Shown piece after piece: positions 9,713 through 20,041 of a DNA stretch of 64,000 bases. Each line of letters opens with the position of its first letter. The stretch's first letter is position 1. The position numbers were made by a program, and so were the translations under genes. The notes beneath the pieces were generated by a model, which saw only the letters and a list, made by a program, of their open reading frames with translations, was not told the DNA's origin and did no database searches. The DNA is from Alphaproteobacteria bacterium (lineage in GTDB: Bacteria > Pseudomonadota > Alphaproteobacteria > Micavibrionales > Micavibrionaceae), in contig JBGAQU010000002.1 in assembly GCA_044220535.1 (NCBI GenBank), positions 1,197 to 65,196 of the forward strand, read 5' to 3'.

Positions 9713-10734
9713 GCGGTCATCCTGTCCAGGAACCGGCTGCGTTTCAGGATCAGCATTCTAAACAGAACCGGCCCGATAATCCCCGCAAAAAATAGCAGCG
9801 GCGCAAAAATCAGGAAGTTCGGCCCGTCCCATGACATGAAATGGAACAACACGCCCTTGGTCACGCCGATACAAATCGTGTTGAAGAGATAGATTGCATA
9901 GCAATAAGCGCCAAGGAACATCAGCAACCGGGATTTATAAATCCCGGGCTTTCGCACCAGCGCATGCAGGGCGGGCAGTGACAACGGCCCGATGACCGCC
10001 ATGCGGGTAAGCGCGTCCAGGTCAACCAGCATCAACAGGAACGACGCCAGGAACAAGGCGATCAGCACAGTGCCCCAGCGATCGATAAAGGCAAGATAGG
10101 CTTCAGAATGCAGCGCCGCCAGACCACCCAGCATCAGGAAAACAAAATAGATTCCGGCTTTGTCGAGGAAGGCATAGCCCGGCCATGGCAGGGAATAAAT
10201 CAAAACACCCAGAAGCAGGAGCGGCCAGATTCGCCCTTTTGTGAGCCAGAGCAGCGGCGGGACGATCACACAGTAGATGAACATCACGAAAATATACCAC
10301 ATGGAGGATGCGGGGCTTGCAGATGTGTTCCAGAACAGGGCGGCGATACCAGCGCCTAAATCAGACGGGCTGTTGTCCACGAAAATAACATGGCTTGCGA
10401 CCACCTTGCCCAGCAGGATGCCCATGCCGATCAGGATATACGGCAGCATAAATCGTATGGCCCGTTTGCGCAGATATGAAGGGTAGCGCGCTGCGTTGAT
10501 GAAAGCCGCGCCGGAATAAAACATCACGAACCCGCTTAAATACATGAACACCGGCATTTCGAAACAGCCAAAAGCCGCCCGCAGAACATCATACCAGTCG
10601 TTGCCTTCAGGATTTCCACGCAAGGTGATGTGCGTAAAGACCACGAACGGAATAATCAGCCCCTTCGCGCAATCTATATCATAGAGATGCGGGCGGACCG
10701 TTTGTGATGATGATGCGGGCGTGTCCTGTATCAT
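9709..10734 (-). CDS. acyltransferase family 3 membrane O-acyltransferase
   Basis: 341 aa, polytopic. The N-terminal YDIDCAKGLIIPFVVFTHI and overall topology are typical of OafA/WecH-type acyltransferase_3 proteins. Confidence 0.75.
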   Translation of the reverse strand: MIQDTPASSSQTVRPHLYDIDCAKGLIIPFVVFTHITLRGNPEGNDWYDVLRAAFGCFEMPVFMYLSGFVMFYSGAAFINAARYPSYLRKRAIRFMLPYILIGMGILLGKVVASHVIFVDNSPSDLGAGIAALFWNTSASPASSMWYIFVMFIYCVIVPPLLWLTKGRIWPLLLLGVLIYSLPWPGYAFLDKAGIYFVFLMLGGLAALHSEAYLAFIDRWGTVLIALFLASFLLMLVDLDALTRMAVIGPLSLPALHALVRKPGIYKSRLLMFLGAYCYAIYLFNTICIGVTKGVLFHFMSWDGPNFLIFAPLLFFAGIIGPVLFRMLILKRSRFLDRMTA

Positions 10735-10837
10735 TGTATTTACGTGTACGCTTCCCTTAAGACAGTCACCGCATTATAGCAGGCTTGATGGCTATGCAAG
10801 AAAATTTATGGAATATGTCAACTTCGTGACGATCCTA

Positions 10838-11776
10838 TTAACCTTTGGCCCCCCGGAAAGCGTGACGCAGCTGCCCGGCCAGTTCATGAATTAAAAACCG
10901 GCCAACGCGGGGATGCCTGAGCAGCGCCAGGAACGCGTCCGCTGCGGACCCCTTGCGTATTTTCATGGCCAGTTCCGATGCCATCATACGCCATTCATTC
11001 TCGGTCATTAAAGCCAGGACGATTTCGCGTGTGACGGGCGGCAATGCAGCCTCATGTCCACGCAGAAAGGTACGGAAGGCTTTATTGATTGCATACAGGC
11101 TGTGATGATCCTGCCGCGCGGATATCGATCCTTTATGCCGGAAATAGCGGTACCAGGCTTCAGATAACAGACAGGCCTTCGCACCCGCCGCCATCAGCGC
11201 CATGACCAGCATCGCGTCCTCACCGATTTTCAGCGAGGTATCATAGCGCAAGCCTGACGCGTCCAGCCTGTCGCGCCTGAAAAGGGGTTTCAGGAAACCC
11301 AGATTGGGGATCGGGCAGGCGCGGCGATGGGAAAGGATATAATCCTGCAATGACAGCGGCCCGGCCAGGTTCAGGTATGCAGGGATATAAAGGCGTTCGG
11401 TATAGCCTTCGATGTAGAGCAGATTGTCGAATATAATATCCGCCTGAGCCGCTTCCGCCGCACGCACCATATGTTCCAGGCGTTCGGGCAGGATCACGTC
11501 ATCGGCATCGACCACCGCGATCCATGTGCCCGTGGCGGCATCCAGCGCGGTATTGCGTGCGGCGGCGGGACCACCATTTTCAGAACGGGACAAAACCCTG
11601 ACGCGGGAATCGCGTTGCCGCAGGCTTTCCGCCACCGCCAGCGTCGCATCCGAAGAGGCATCATTGACGATCAGAAGTTCTATATCGGACAGGCTTTGCG
11701 CCAGGACCGATTCCACCGCTGCGTCCAATGTTTTGGCCGCGTTATAAGCGGCCATGATCACGGTAACGATTGCCAT
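10838..11776 (-). CDS. glycosyltransferase family 2
   Basis: MAIVTVIMAAYNAAKTLDAAVESVLAQS...LLIVNDASSD...VVDADD (GT-A fold, DxD). The start was moved to the Met at 11776, which has a GGAGA SD. The tracked ORF extends 34 aa further without support. Confidence 0.85.
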   Translation of the reverse strand: MAIVTVIMAAYNAAKTLDAAVESVLAQSLSDIELLIVNDASSDATLAVAESLRQRDSRVRVLSRSENGGPAAARNTALDAATGTWIAVVDADDVILPERLEHMVRAAEAAQADIIFDNLLYIEGYTERLYIPAYLNLAGPLSLQDYILSHRRACPIPNLGFLKPLFRRDRLDASGLRYDTSLKIGEDAMLVMALMAAGAKACLLSEAWYRYFRHKGSISARQDHHSLYAINKAFRTFLRGHEAALPPVTREIVLALMTENEWRMMASELAMKIRKGSAADAFLALLRHPRVGRFLIHELAGQLRHAFRGAKG

Positions 11777-12030
11777 GCATATCTCCAGATAAGAATAATT
11801 ATAGAAAATGGCAAAAAATTGCAAGCTTTTGTGTTTGGACGCACATATTAATAAGCGAAGCCGCATTATTCCTGCCAAGCTATGGAATTATTTATCGTTC
11901 CGTCCGTTAACAGCATGAAACTGCTTCTGAAAAGCGGCAGATAATAGTCTGGACATTCCATAGTATTGACGTGTATAACGCCCGTAATTAATGCGCCGCA
12001 CAAATGCCATAACTTAATCGGAGATCGATC

Positions 12031-13107
12031 ATGCAGGACCGTAAACATGCCCCCATTCTGGTGACAGGCGGCGCGGGATTTATCGGCTCCAATTTCGTGC
12101 TGGACTGGATCATCCATGAACAGACGCCTGTCATCAATGTCGATAAACTGACCTATGCGGGCAATGTCAACAATCTGAACAGCCTGCGGGGCAACAACCT
12201 GCATGAATTCGTGCAGGGCGATATCGGCGATTCCAATTTCATCAGCAAGCTGCTGGAAACCCGCAAGCCGCGCGCGGTCATTAACTTCGCCGCCGAGTCC
12301 CATGTCGACCGTTCGATCCACGGGCCGGCGGATTTCGTCGAGACGAATGTGGTCGGCACGTTCCGCCTGCTGGAATGCGTCCGCGCCTATATGAAGACCG
12401 CGCCTCAGGATTTCCGTTTCCTGCATGTGTCGACCGATGAAGTCTACGGCACGCTGGCCAAGGACGACCCCGCCTTCGCGGAAACCAACCCGTATGAGCC
12501 CAACAGCCCCTATGCCGCATCGAAGGCTGCGTCCGACCATTTCGTGCGCGCCTGGCACCATACGTTCAACCTGCCAGTGCTGACCACCAACTGTTCGAAC
12601 AATTACGGTCCCTATCAGTTTCCTGAAAAGCTGATCCCGCTGATGATCGTCAATGCATTGTCCGGCAAGCCCCTGCCTGTCTATGGCGACGGGCAGCAGA
12701 TCCGCGACTGGCTGTATGTGACCGACCATTGCGACGCCATCCGCGCCGTGCTGAACAAAGGAAAGTTGGGCGAGACATATAATATCGGCGGCTGGAACGA
12801 GAAAGCGAATATCGACATCGTCCACACGATCTGCGCGCAGCTGGATAGGCTGCGTCCGCGCACGGACGGGAAGTCATATAAAGAACAGATCACCTTTGTC
12901 GCCGACCGCCCAGGCCATGACCGCCGCTATGCCATCGACGCCCGCAAGATCGAGCAGGAGCTGGGTTGGAAACCGAAGGAAACATTCGAGACCGGCATTG
13001 CCAAGACCATTCAATGGTATCTGGACAATGCCGAATGGCTGCAATCCATCGCCAGCGGCGACTATAAAAACTGGATCGAGCGTAACTATGCGAGCCGCAC
13101 CGCATGA
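12031..13107 (+). CDS. rmlB: dTDP-glucose 4,6-dehydratase
   Basis: [14 protein letters not shown] Rossmann motif, catalytic YAASKAASD (YxxxK), 358 aa. First gene of the rmlBDAC operon. Confidence 0.95.
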   Translation: MQDRKHAPILVTGGAGFIGSNFVLDWIIHEQTPVINVDKLTYAGNVNNLNSLRGNNLHEFVQGDIGDSNFISKLLETRKPRAVINFAAESHVDRSIHGPADFVETNVVGTFRLLECVRAYMKTAPQDFRFLHVSTDEVYGTLAKDDPAFAETNPYEPNSPYAASKAASDHFVRAWHHTFNLPVLTTNCSNNYGPYQFPEKLIPLMIVNALSGKPLPVYGDGQQIRDWLYVTDHCDAIRAVLNKGKLGETYNIGGWNEKANIDIVHTICAQLDRLRPRTDGKSYKEQITFVADRPGHDRRYAIDARKIEQELGWKPKETFETGIAKTIQWYLDNAEWLQSIASGDYKNWIERNYASRTA

Positions 13108-13994
13108 AGATTCTGCTGCTCGGGCGCAACGGCCAGGTGGGGTGGGAGCTGCAGCGCGCGCTGGCGCCGCTGGGGCCGCTGACCGCGCTGGGCCGCGAAC
13201 CCCAAAGCAGCCTGACAGGCGACCTTTCGGATATCGATGGGCTGGTAAAAACCGTACGGACGGTCCAGCCTGATATCATCGTCAACGCCGCCGCCTATAC
13301 GGCGGTGGACAAGGCTGAAACGGAACAGGCGCTCGCGCGGCGCATCAATGCCGAAGCGCCGGGCGCTCTCGCCGCCGAAGCCAAAAAAACCGGCGCAGTC
13401 CTAATTCATTATTCCACCGATTACGTATTTGACGGCAGCGGCAGCACGCCCTGGCGCGAAACCGACGCAACCGCGCCGCTCAACGCCTATGGCGCGGGCA
13501 AGCTGGACGGCGAAAACGCGATTGTTTCATCCGGATGCAGGCATTTGATTTTAAGGACCAGCTGGGTCTATGCCGCGCGCGGGGCCAACTTCGCCAGGAC
13601 GATGCTGCGGCTGGCGCGCGAACGCGACACGTTGAATGTCGTTTCAGATCAGCACGGCACGCCGACCGGGGCCGAGCTGATCGCCGATGCCACGGCCCAT
13701 GCGCTCCGCAAAAACGGCGAAGGGCTTTACCACATGGTCGCGGGCGGAGAGACGACCTGGTATGACTATGCGCGTTTTGCCATCGGCCTGGCACAGCGGC
13801 GTGGCATCGCATTAAAAGCCGGGCCGGATGCGGTGAAGGCGATCCCGACCAGCGCCTATCCCCTGCCCGCGACACGCCCGCTGAATTCACGGCTCGACAC
13901 CACGACATTCCAGCGCGATTTCGGCCTGGTCCTGCCCGCGTGGCAGGCGGGCGTCGAGCGCGCCGTCACTGAAATCCTGGAGGCAACATCATGA
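13104..13994 (+). CDS. rmlD: dTDP-4-dehydrorhamnose reductase
   Basis: [17 protein letters not shown]-terminus, STDYVFDG motif, 296 aa. 4-nt overlap with rmlB and rmlA. Confidence 0.93.
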   Translation: MKILLLGRNGQVGWELQRALAPLGPLTALGREPQSSLTGDLSDIDGLVKTVRTVQPDIIVNAAAYTAVDKAETEQALARRINAEAPGALAAEAKKTGAVLIHYSTDYVFDGSGSTPWRETDATAPLNAYGAGKLDGENAIVSSGCRHLILRTSWVYAARGANFARTMLRLARERDTLNVVSDQHGTPTGAELIADATAHALRKNGEGLYHMVAGGETTWYDYARFAIGLAQRRGIALKAGPDAVKAIPTSAYPLPATRPLNSRLDTTTFQRDFGLVLPAWQAGVERAVTEILEATS

Positions 13995-14881
13995 CCAAGC
14001 GTAAAGGCATTATCCTGGCGGGCGGCTCCGGCACGCGCCTCTATCCCGTCACGATGGCCGTGTCGAAACAGCTTTTGCCGGTATTCGACAAGCCGATGAT
14101 CTATTACCCGTTGACCGTGCTGATGCTGGCGGGGATCCGCGACGTGCTGATCATCAGCACGCCGGAAGATACGCCGCGTTTCGAACAGCTGCTGAAAGAC
14201 GGCAGCCAGTGGGGCATGAACTTAAGCTACGCGGTGCAGCCGAGTCCGGACGGGCTGGCGCAGGCCTTTATCATCGGCGCGGATTTTATCGGCCAGGATC
14301 CCGCCGCGTTGATTTTAGGCGACAATATATTCTACGGTCACGGACTGCCGGAGCAGCTGGCCCGCGCCAATGCACAAACATCTGGCGCGACCGTCTTCGC
14401 CTATCACGTCACCGATCCGGAACGCTATGGCGTCGCGACGTTCGACAAGGACGGCAAGGTGACGTCGATCGAGGAAAAGCCGAAACAGCCGAAATCGAAC
14501 TATGCCGTCACCGGCCTGTATTTCTATGACAACGACGTCGTCGAAATCGCGAAAAACATGAAGCCTTCGTCCCGCGGGGAACTGGAAATCACCGACGTCA
14601 ACAAAGCCTATCTGGAGCGCGGCACGCTGAATGTCGAGCTGATGGGGCGCGGCTATGCCTGGCTCGACACCGGCACGCATGACAGCCTGATCGACGCGGG
14701 CAATTTCATCCAGACCATCGAAACGCGGCAGGGGTTGAAAGTGTCCTGCCCTGAGGAGATCGCCTATCGCAAGGGATTTATCGACGCGGCGCAGCTGGAA
14801 AAACTGGCAATGCCCTTGTCCAAAAATGGATACGGACAATATCTATTGCGCCTTCTTAACGAAGGAAAGGCCGCGGCATGA
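13991..14881 (+). CDS. rmlA: glucose-1-phosphate thymidylyltransferase
   Basis: [17 protein letters not shown] signature, 296 aa. Confidence 0.95.
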   Translation: MTKRKGIILAGGSGTRLYPVTMAVSKQLLPVFDKPMIYYPLTVLMLAGIRDVLIISTPEDTPRFEQLLKDGSQWGMNLSYAVQPSPDGLAQAFIIGADFIGQDPAALILGDNIFYGHGLPEQLARANAQTSGATVFAYHVTDPERYGVATFDKDGKVTSIEEKPKQPKSNYAVTGLYFYDNDVVEIAKNMKPSSRGELEITDVNKAYLERGTLNVELMGRGYAWLDTGTHDSLIDAGNFIQTIETRQGLKVSCPEEIAYRKGFIDAAQLEKLAMPLSKNGYGQYLLRLLNEGKAAA

Positions 14882-15423
14882 ACGTCATCAAGACCAGTAT
14901 CCCGGATGTCCTGATTTTCGAGCCGAAAGTGTTCGGCGACGAGCGCGGGTTTTTCATGGAAAGCTTCAACCAGAAAATCTTCGATGAGGCCGTGGGCCGT
15001 AAAGTCAATTTCGTGCAGGATAACCATTCCCGTTCCGCGAAGGACGTGTTGCGCGGCCTGCATTACCAGATCAAGAACGCGCAGGGCAAGCTGGTGCGCG
15101 TGGCTTCAGGCGAAGTGTTCGATGTCGCGGTCGATATGCGCCGCAGCTCCCCCACATTCGGCCAGTGGGCGGGGGCAATCCTGAGCGGTGAAAACAAGCG
15201 CCAGCTGTGGGTGCCGGAAGGTTTCGCGCATGGTTTCGTGGTGTTGAGCGACAGCGCCGACTTCCTGTATAAAACCACCGATTTTTACGCGCCCGAATAT
15301 GACCGCAGCCTGATTTGGAACGACAAGGCCGTTGGAATCGAATGGCCGCACCAGGGCGAGCCGCAACTATCCGCCAAGGACGCAGCCGCGCCATCCTTCG
15401 ATAAAGCCGAAGCCTACGCATAA
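14878..15423 (+). CDS. rmlC: dTDP-4-dehydrorhamnose 3,5-epimerase
   Basis: [19 protein letters not shown] and [10 protein letters not shown] motifs, 181 aa. Confidence 0.95.
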   Translation: MNVIKTSIPDVLIFEPKVFGDERGFFMESFNQKIFDEAVGRKVNFVQDNHSRSAKDVLRGLHYQIKNAQGKLVRVASGEVFDVAVDMRRSSPTFGQWAGAILSGENKRQLWVPEGFAHGFVVLSDSADFLYKTTDFYAPEYDRSLIWNDKAVGIEWPHQGEPQLSAKDAAAPSFDKAEAYA

Positions 15424-15434
15424 AGGAAAAACCC

Positions 15435-16259
15435 GTGGAAGAGATCAAGCATTTTATCCTGACCCGTTTCAACGTCGCCTCCCCCGGCAAGGAACAGGCC
15501 GTGCGGCTGAAGCCCGGCTGGCTGGACAAGCGGTTCGACCTGTTCCGCGATTTCTGCCTGCCCGGCGTGGCCAGCCAGACGCGCAAGGATTTCGAATGGA
15601 TCATCTTTTTCGACCGGCAGACGCCGTCCGAATACATGGACCGCATTCGCGCATTGCAATCCGTATTCCCGTTCCGCATTGAATTCACCGATCTGTTCGA
15701 GATGAGCAAGATCTGCCCGCAGCTGGTCGCCGGACGTGCGGGCGCGGAATGGCTTTTGACCACGCGGCTGGACAGTGACGACATACTGGCCGTGGATTTC
15801 GTCGAGCGCTTGCGCCGCGACCTGAAGCCCCGTACCGAATATATCGTCAATTTCCCGGACGGGCTGATTCTGTCCCTGCAGGGGAAAACGCCCGCCCTCT
15901 ATATGGACCGCGATGAAAGCAGCCCGTTCGCATCCCTGCTGGAGCCGTTCACGGATTCCATCAATACGATCTGGCAAAAACAGCATCGGCATATCGACGA
16001 GATCGCGCCGATCACCCAGGCCGAAGGCAAGCCCGCCTGGCTGCAGATCGTCCATGGCGACAACATCGCCAACGGCATACGCGGCGTGCGCGTGCCGGTA
16101 TCCCGCTTTACCGATTCTTTCCCTTACCTGAAGACCATCGACGCGATGCACGCGGAAACGCCTGCCGTTATCGCTTTTGAAAACTACACGCTGACCCCTT
16201 TGCGAAAAACAAAGCGATATGCGCGCAGCATGGTGAAGAAACTGATCGCCCGCAGGTAA
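15435..16259 (+). CDS. putative rhamnosyltransferase (Rhamno_transf-like family)
   Basis: The N-terminus HFILTRFNV...WLDKRFDLFRDFCLPGVASQT...FEWIIFFD matches the putative rhamnosyl transferase family as I remember it. Lies immediately downstream of rmlC. Confidence 0.6.
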   Translation: MEEIKHFILTRFNVASPGKEQAVRLKPGWLDKRFDLFRDFCLPGVASQTRKDFEWIIFFDRQTPSEYMDRIRALQSVFPFRIEFTDLFEMSKICPQLVAGRAGAEWLLTTRLDSDDILAVDFVERLRRDLKPRTEYIVNFPDGLILSLQGKTPALYMDRDESSPFASLLEPFTDSINTIWQKQHRHIDEIAPITQAEGKPAWLQIVHGDNIANGIRGVRVPVSRFTDSFPYLKTIDAMHAETPAVIAFENYTLTPLRKTKRYARSMVKKLIARR

Positions 16260-16261
16260 TT

Positions 16262-18718
16262 TTACGATACGACCAGATTGCCGTGTGCTATCAGATCCTG
16301 CAGCGACGCATCCACCGGCGTTTCGAGCATGACGGCCTTTTGCATTGCGAAGGCCGTGCCCGCGCCGTCCCGGTCGACACTGATCTCCGTATGCCCGTTT
16401 GTCGTCGTCATGGTCACGAAATCGTTGATGCTGTCCTGCACGGGATCGTAGCCGACCAGCATGCGGGAAATATCCAGCACGTCGCCTTCACCCGCTTTAA
16501 AATCCTTTATCGTATCGACCTTGCCGTTCAGGTTAGCGATCAGGGAAAATAAATCCGCCCCCTTGCCGCCCGCGAATATATCGGCCCCTGTTCCGCCATA
16601 CAGCGAATCTTTGCCGGTGCCGCCGTAAATCGCGCCGGTGTTGTGGTCGTCCGCTGTCACCCTGTTATTGACCTTATCGGCCAGGTAGACGTCGCCCTGG
16701 CTGTCTATGGTCAGCGACAAAGATGAATCGGTGATTTTTGCAATCAGGTTCTGGATCACCGTTGAATCGTTGCGGATGATCAGGTTTCCGTGATCGGATT
16801 GCCGGATCGTCGCGTCATCCACGCCGATGCGGCTGATGATGCCGGCCTGCGATACGTCCAGTATATCCACGCCTTTCATGATGGGCAGTTTATCGGACGG
16901 CAGCCAGGCCAGGGCCACCTGGATCACGACCGTATCGGTGCCCGCGCCAAGATCATATGTATCCTTCATGATGTTGGCATGGATGCCGGTCACGATATCG
17001 TCGCCGCTGCCGCCCCTGAAGGTTTCGACAGCCGATGTGGCGTTAAAAGCCATAGCGGGATCGACGTAACCCACGAAATGCTTTTGCCAGTCGGCGGGGT
17101 TGTCCGAATAGGGTTTCGTATTCAGAATAATATCGTTCATGCTGATCTGCGACGGCGCGATGTTTTTCAGCAACGCGGCACTGTCCATATAATCCACCCA
17201 GACTTTCGTATCGGCGCCGATGGCCGCGATATGCACCTCTGACGGCAGGATGGTCCGCAGCGTATTGATAAAGACCAGATGGTCGCCTTCGCCTGCGTTG
17301 AAATCGGTGACGATATCGGTGGCGCCCCAGCCCGTCATCTCGTTGGTCATGACGAAATAATCCGCGCCCCTGCCGCCGGTCAGCGTATCCATCTGGGTAT
17401 CGCCGATCAGGACGTCATTGCCACCGCCGCCGATCAGCATATCATTGCCGACGCCGCCGCGCAGATACGCGCCGTTATCCGATCCTTCGATCACGTCCGT
17501 GCCGCGGGAACCAACGGCATAGGTGAAGGAATTGCTGTTATTGGCTGCAATATCGGTATAGGGATGCTCCGATCCCATGCCGCTGAGGACACCCCAGCCA
17601 GGTCCGGATGTATTGCCGTAGCTTAAAATCGACTGGTCGACGATCACCGTGTTTCCTGAGTCCATCCCGCCGTGATAGTTGACGTCGCGGTTCGTGCTGG
17701 AAATATGCACTATATTGTCAATCTCCGCCCCCCAGCTGCTGAACACCACGGCGTGGCGCGTGTCGAGCACGGTCAGGTCGGTGAATTCGCTGTGCTGCGT
17801 GCTGGCGATGTTGATGCCGTACCCGTTGCCGCCGCCACCCTTGTCCTGTGCGCCGATGACGGTCACGCCGGACACGTCCGCATCATACATGCGCGCTGCG
17901 TTCAGGCCGATCGACCCGGCGTTCAGAATTGAGATATTGCTGACCGTCGTGCCGGTGGTGTTCATAAAGGTCAGTGCGTTGGTCAGGTTCCATTCCGGCA
18001 ATGGATTGTCGATCAGCCCGGGATTGGCCGCGCCAAGATTGGTCTGGATCGTCAGGTCCGATACGTTCAGATTGGCCAGGCCGTCGATCCTCTGGATCTG
18101 CGCCGTCCCGCCCTGCATATCGAAATCAAGCCCGTCTTTGAGGTAGATCGTATTGCCCTCTATCCTTTCGACGACGGTCAGCGAATCGCGCAGCGGGTGG
18201 TTGACCGCGAATGGATCGCTGGCAATATTGCCGTACAGCGTCCCGCTGTTCAGCACGGCGGTCTTCAGTGCGTTCGCAAGGTAGATGTCATTGCTGAAAT
18301 TCTCGGGGATCGCCTGATTGTACAGGGCGGCATCGTTGGGCTGGTAGACATGCACTTCTCCGCCAACCTTGAACTTCGACGCGTCCTGGACGGTGACGGC
18401 GTGCGTGCCCGCGGCGGCGTCAGCCTGCAGCGTGTAAATTTCCTTCACGCTGCCCATGAATTGCAGGATGCTCTGGCCTTTCGTGAACTGGGCCTCAAGC
18501 ACCGTCTTGCCTTCACCCGCGCCTTCCACGGTCAGGTTGCCGCGCAAAACGTTGATCCCTTCGGTCAGGACATATTTTCCTTCCTGAAACCGGACGGTCG
18601 AAAAATCCTTTGCCGTGTTCAGAAGGCTGGACAGGTTCGCGGTGGTAATGCCGGTACCGACGGTGTAGACGTTCGATGTCTCATTGAAATCGACCGTGCC
18701 GTTGTAAAGCGTGCTCAT
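16262..18718 (-). CDS. secreted right-handed beta-helix protein with RTX repeats and a type I secretion C-terminal target domain (glycanase/epimerase-like)
   Basis: The N-terminal ~400 aa are pectate-lyase-like beta-helix. Two blocks of GGxGxD nonapeptides are present: GGVGNDMLIGGGGNDVLIG...GGRGADYF, and GGTGKDSLYGGTGADIFAGGKGADLF. The C-terminal DTIKDFKAGEGDVLDIS...NGHTEISVDRDG...LIAHGNLVVS is typical of a T1SS target domain. The start at 18718 (MSTLYNG) has a purine-rich SD; the alternative ATG at 18772 does not. Confidence 0.8.
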   Translation of the reverse strand: MSTLYNGTVDFNETSNVYTVGTGITTANLSSLLNTAKDFSTVRFQEGKYVLTEGINVLRGNLTVEGAGEGKTVLEAQFTKGQSILQFMGSVKEIYTLQADAAAGTHAVTVQDASKFKVGGEVHVYQPNDAALYNQAIPENFSNDIYLANALKTAVLNSGTLYGNIASDPFAVNHPLRDSLTVVERIEGNTIYLKDGLDFDMQGGTAQIQRIDGLANLNVSDLTIQTNLGAANPGLIDNPLPEWNLTNALTFMNTTGTTVSNISILNAGSIGLNAARMYDADVSGVTVIGAQDKGGGGNGYGINIASTQHSEFTDLTVLDTRHAVVFSSWGAEIDNIVHISSTNRDVNYHGGMDSGNTVIVDQSILSYGNTSGPGWGVLSGMGSEHPYTDIAANNSNSFTYAVGSRGTDVIEGSDNGAYLRGGVGNDMLIGGGGNDVLIGDTQMDTLTGGRGADYFVMTNEMTGWGATDIVTDFNAGEGDHLVFINTLRTILPSEVHIAAIGADTKVWVDYMDSAALLKNIAPSQISMNDIILNTKPYSDNPADWQKHFVGYVDPAMAFNATSAVETFRGGSGDDIVTGIHANIMKDTYDLGAGTDTVVIQVALAWLPSDKLPIMKGVDILDVSQAGIISRIGVDDATIRQSDHGNLIIRNDSTVIQNLIAKITDSSLSLTIDSQGDVYLADKVNNRVTADDHNTGAIYGGTGKDSLYGGTGADIFAGGKGADLFSLIANLNGKVDTIKDFKAGEGDVLDISRMLVGYDPVQDSINDFVTMTTTNGHTEISVDRDGAGTAFAMQKAVMLETPVDASLQDLIAHGNLVVS

Positions 18719-18872
18719 AAGGATTCTTCCCCTGGCGCTGATCTGAATATGTGTTTGCGAGATATCCAGCATAGTCCGGGAAGTCTTTAGTTTAAGTAAA
18801 CGTCACGCGATGTTTGAAGGACGTTTGAATCAAATTTTATTGATCTGAAAAATTCTATCCCTAAGCATTATA

Positions 18873-19901
18873 TCAATCGTTTTTATTATATCCGGGAGAC
18901 TGATAGTTCAGCCCTGCCTCGTTCTTTTTTACCCATGGGCCGCCGGGCGGTCTTCCTTTTGTGATATAGCCATCCACTTCAGGAAAGGCAGGAAAATAAG
19001 CATGGTCGCTTTTAAGACGCAGGCCCGCACGGCGGCTAAGCGGTGGATAGACCGCATATTCTTCCCAAGGCCGGCGGTTGCGCGCTTCATCCACATAAAC
19101 ATCTCGCAGACGCACAGCTGGCCGCCGCGTGTTCGGATATTCGGTGCGCAGGAAAAAGATATAACCTTCGCCATGGTCAGGATCGGCGTAGCGCAGATCG
19201 ACACGGCGCAGATCGATGCCGCCGATATCCGCCTGCGGATCGAGGAACAGGCCCTGATAATCCGATTCTATGCTGACGCGATCCATCCGCGTCCAGCGCA
19301 CCGGGCCGTAAAACTGGAAGGCGTCGGCATGCAATCCGTTTGTTTTCGAATATGTGTTTTCGATCCGGCAGTTCTGCACGTAAATATCGGCAATTGCGTC
19401 CGGCACATGCAACAATCCGCCGACATCGAGGCCGTCCAGTCCGTACTGATGCGCGGCATCCAGCGTCACTCCTTCAACAAAGACGCTCCCGCTTTGCCCG
19501 CCGAATCGCAACAAGGCGCGCAGATGCTGGTCCGCCGGACGCGTCGCCTTCAACGCGCCGCCGATCAAACGGACATGGCGGCCATAGCTGATATTCACTC
19601 CGGCCAGCGACAGCACATGATCATCCGGCAGGCGGATGATCGCGTCTTCATCCGGTTTCAGCTTTATAGAGATCGTTCTGTCAGCGGGCTGATTTGTGGA
19701 TTGCGGCTGGCGATACGGCCAAGCGTCACGCGTCACTTTGATAAAAGCCGGATCTTCCGCAGCGTCCAGGCTGACATGCACCGGCCTGTCCTGCGCGGGC
19801 GGCGGCCAGCTGAGCTTTGGGCGCGTCCCGGCAAAGGCCTGCCCTACATTCAAGCCAAGCATGATCAGGCAAAACAGGACGTGTAAAAATTTTACTTGCA
19901 T
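18873..19901 (-). CDS. secreted hypothetical protein, possibly beta-helix carbohydrate-active
   Basis: Clear Sec signal (MQVKFLHVLFCLIMLGLNVGQAFAG). The central region (VFVEGVTLDAAHQYGLDGLDV...IYVQNCRIENT...HADAFQF) looks like parallel beta-helix turns, but the family is not identified. Confidence 0.6.
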   Translation of the reverse strand: MQVKFLHVLFCLIMLGLNVGQAFAGTRPKLSWPPPAQDRPVHVSLDAAEDPAFIKVTRDAWPYRQPQSTNQPADRTISIKLKPDEDAIIRLPDDHVLSLAGVNISYGRHVRLIGGALKATRPADQHLRALLRFGGQSGSVFVEGVTLDAAHQYGLDGLDVGGLLHVPDAIADIYVQNCRIENTYSKTNGLHADAFQFYGPVRWTRMDRVSIESDYQGLFLDPQADIGGIDLRRVDLRYADPDHGEGYIFFLRTEYPNTRRPAVRLRDVYVDEARNRRPWEEYAVYPPLSRRAGLRLKSDHAYFPAFPEVDGYITKGRPPGGPWVKKNEAGLNYQSPGYNKND

Positions 19902-20041
19902 GATTTAGGATTATATGCCTATAATTGTCCGAAATAGGCGCAATGCGCCCGTACATCCCCACATCCATACCATACAACCGCTTATCCCGACGGCATTTTC
20001 TGCCGTGGATGGCGGCTGTTTTTTTAAAAGGATTCAATCCC

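Noticed and set aside
11934-11940. ops/JUMPstart-like element (GCGGCAG) in the leader of the rml operon
   Set aside because: It matches the GGCGGTAG ops core only partially, and the surrounding JUMPstart context is not evident. It is most likely chance.
19925-20041. 39-aa N-terminal extension of the SGNH hydrolase ORF
   Set aside because: The extension is not signal-peptide-like and lacks an SD. The internal ATG at 20042 is preceded by AAAGGA and gives a conventional distance to the GDS motif.
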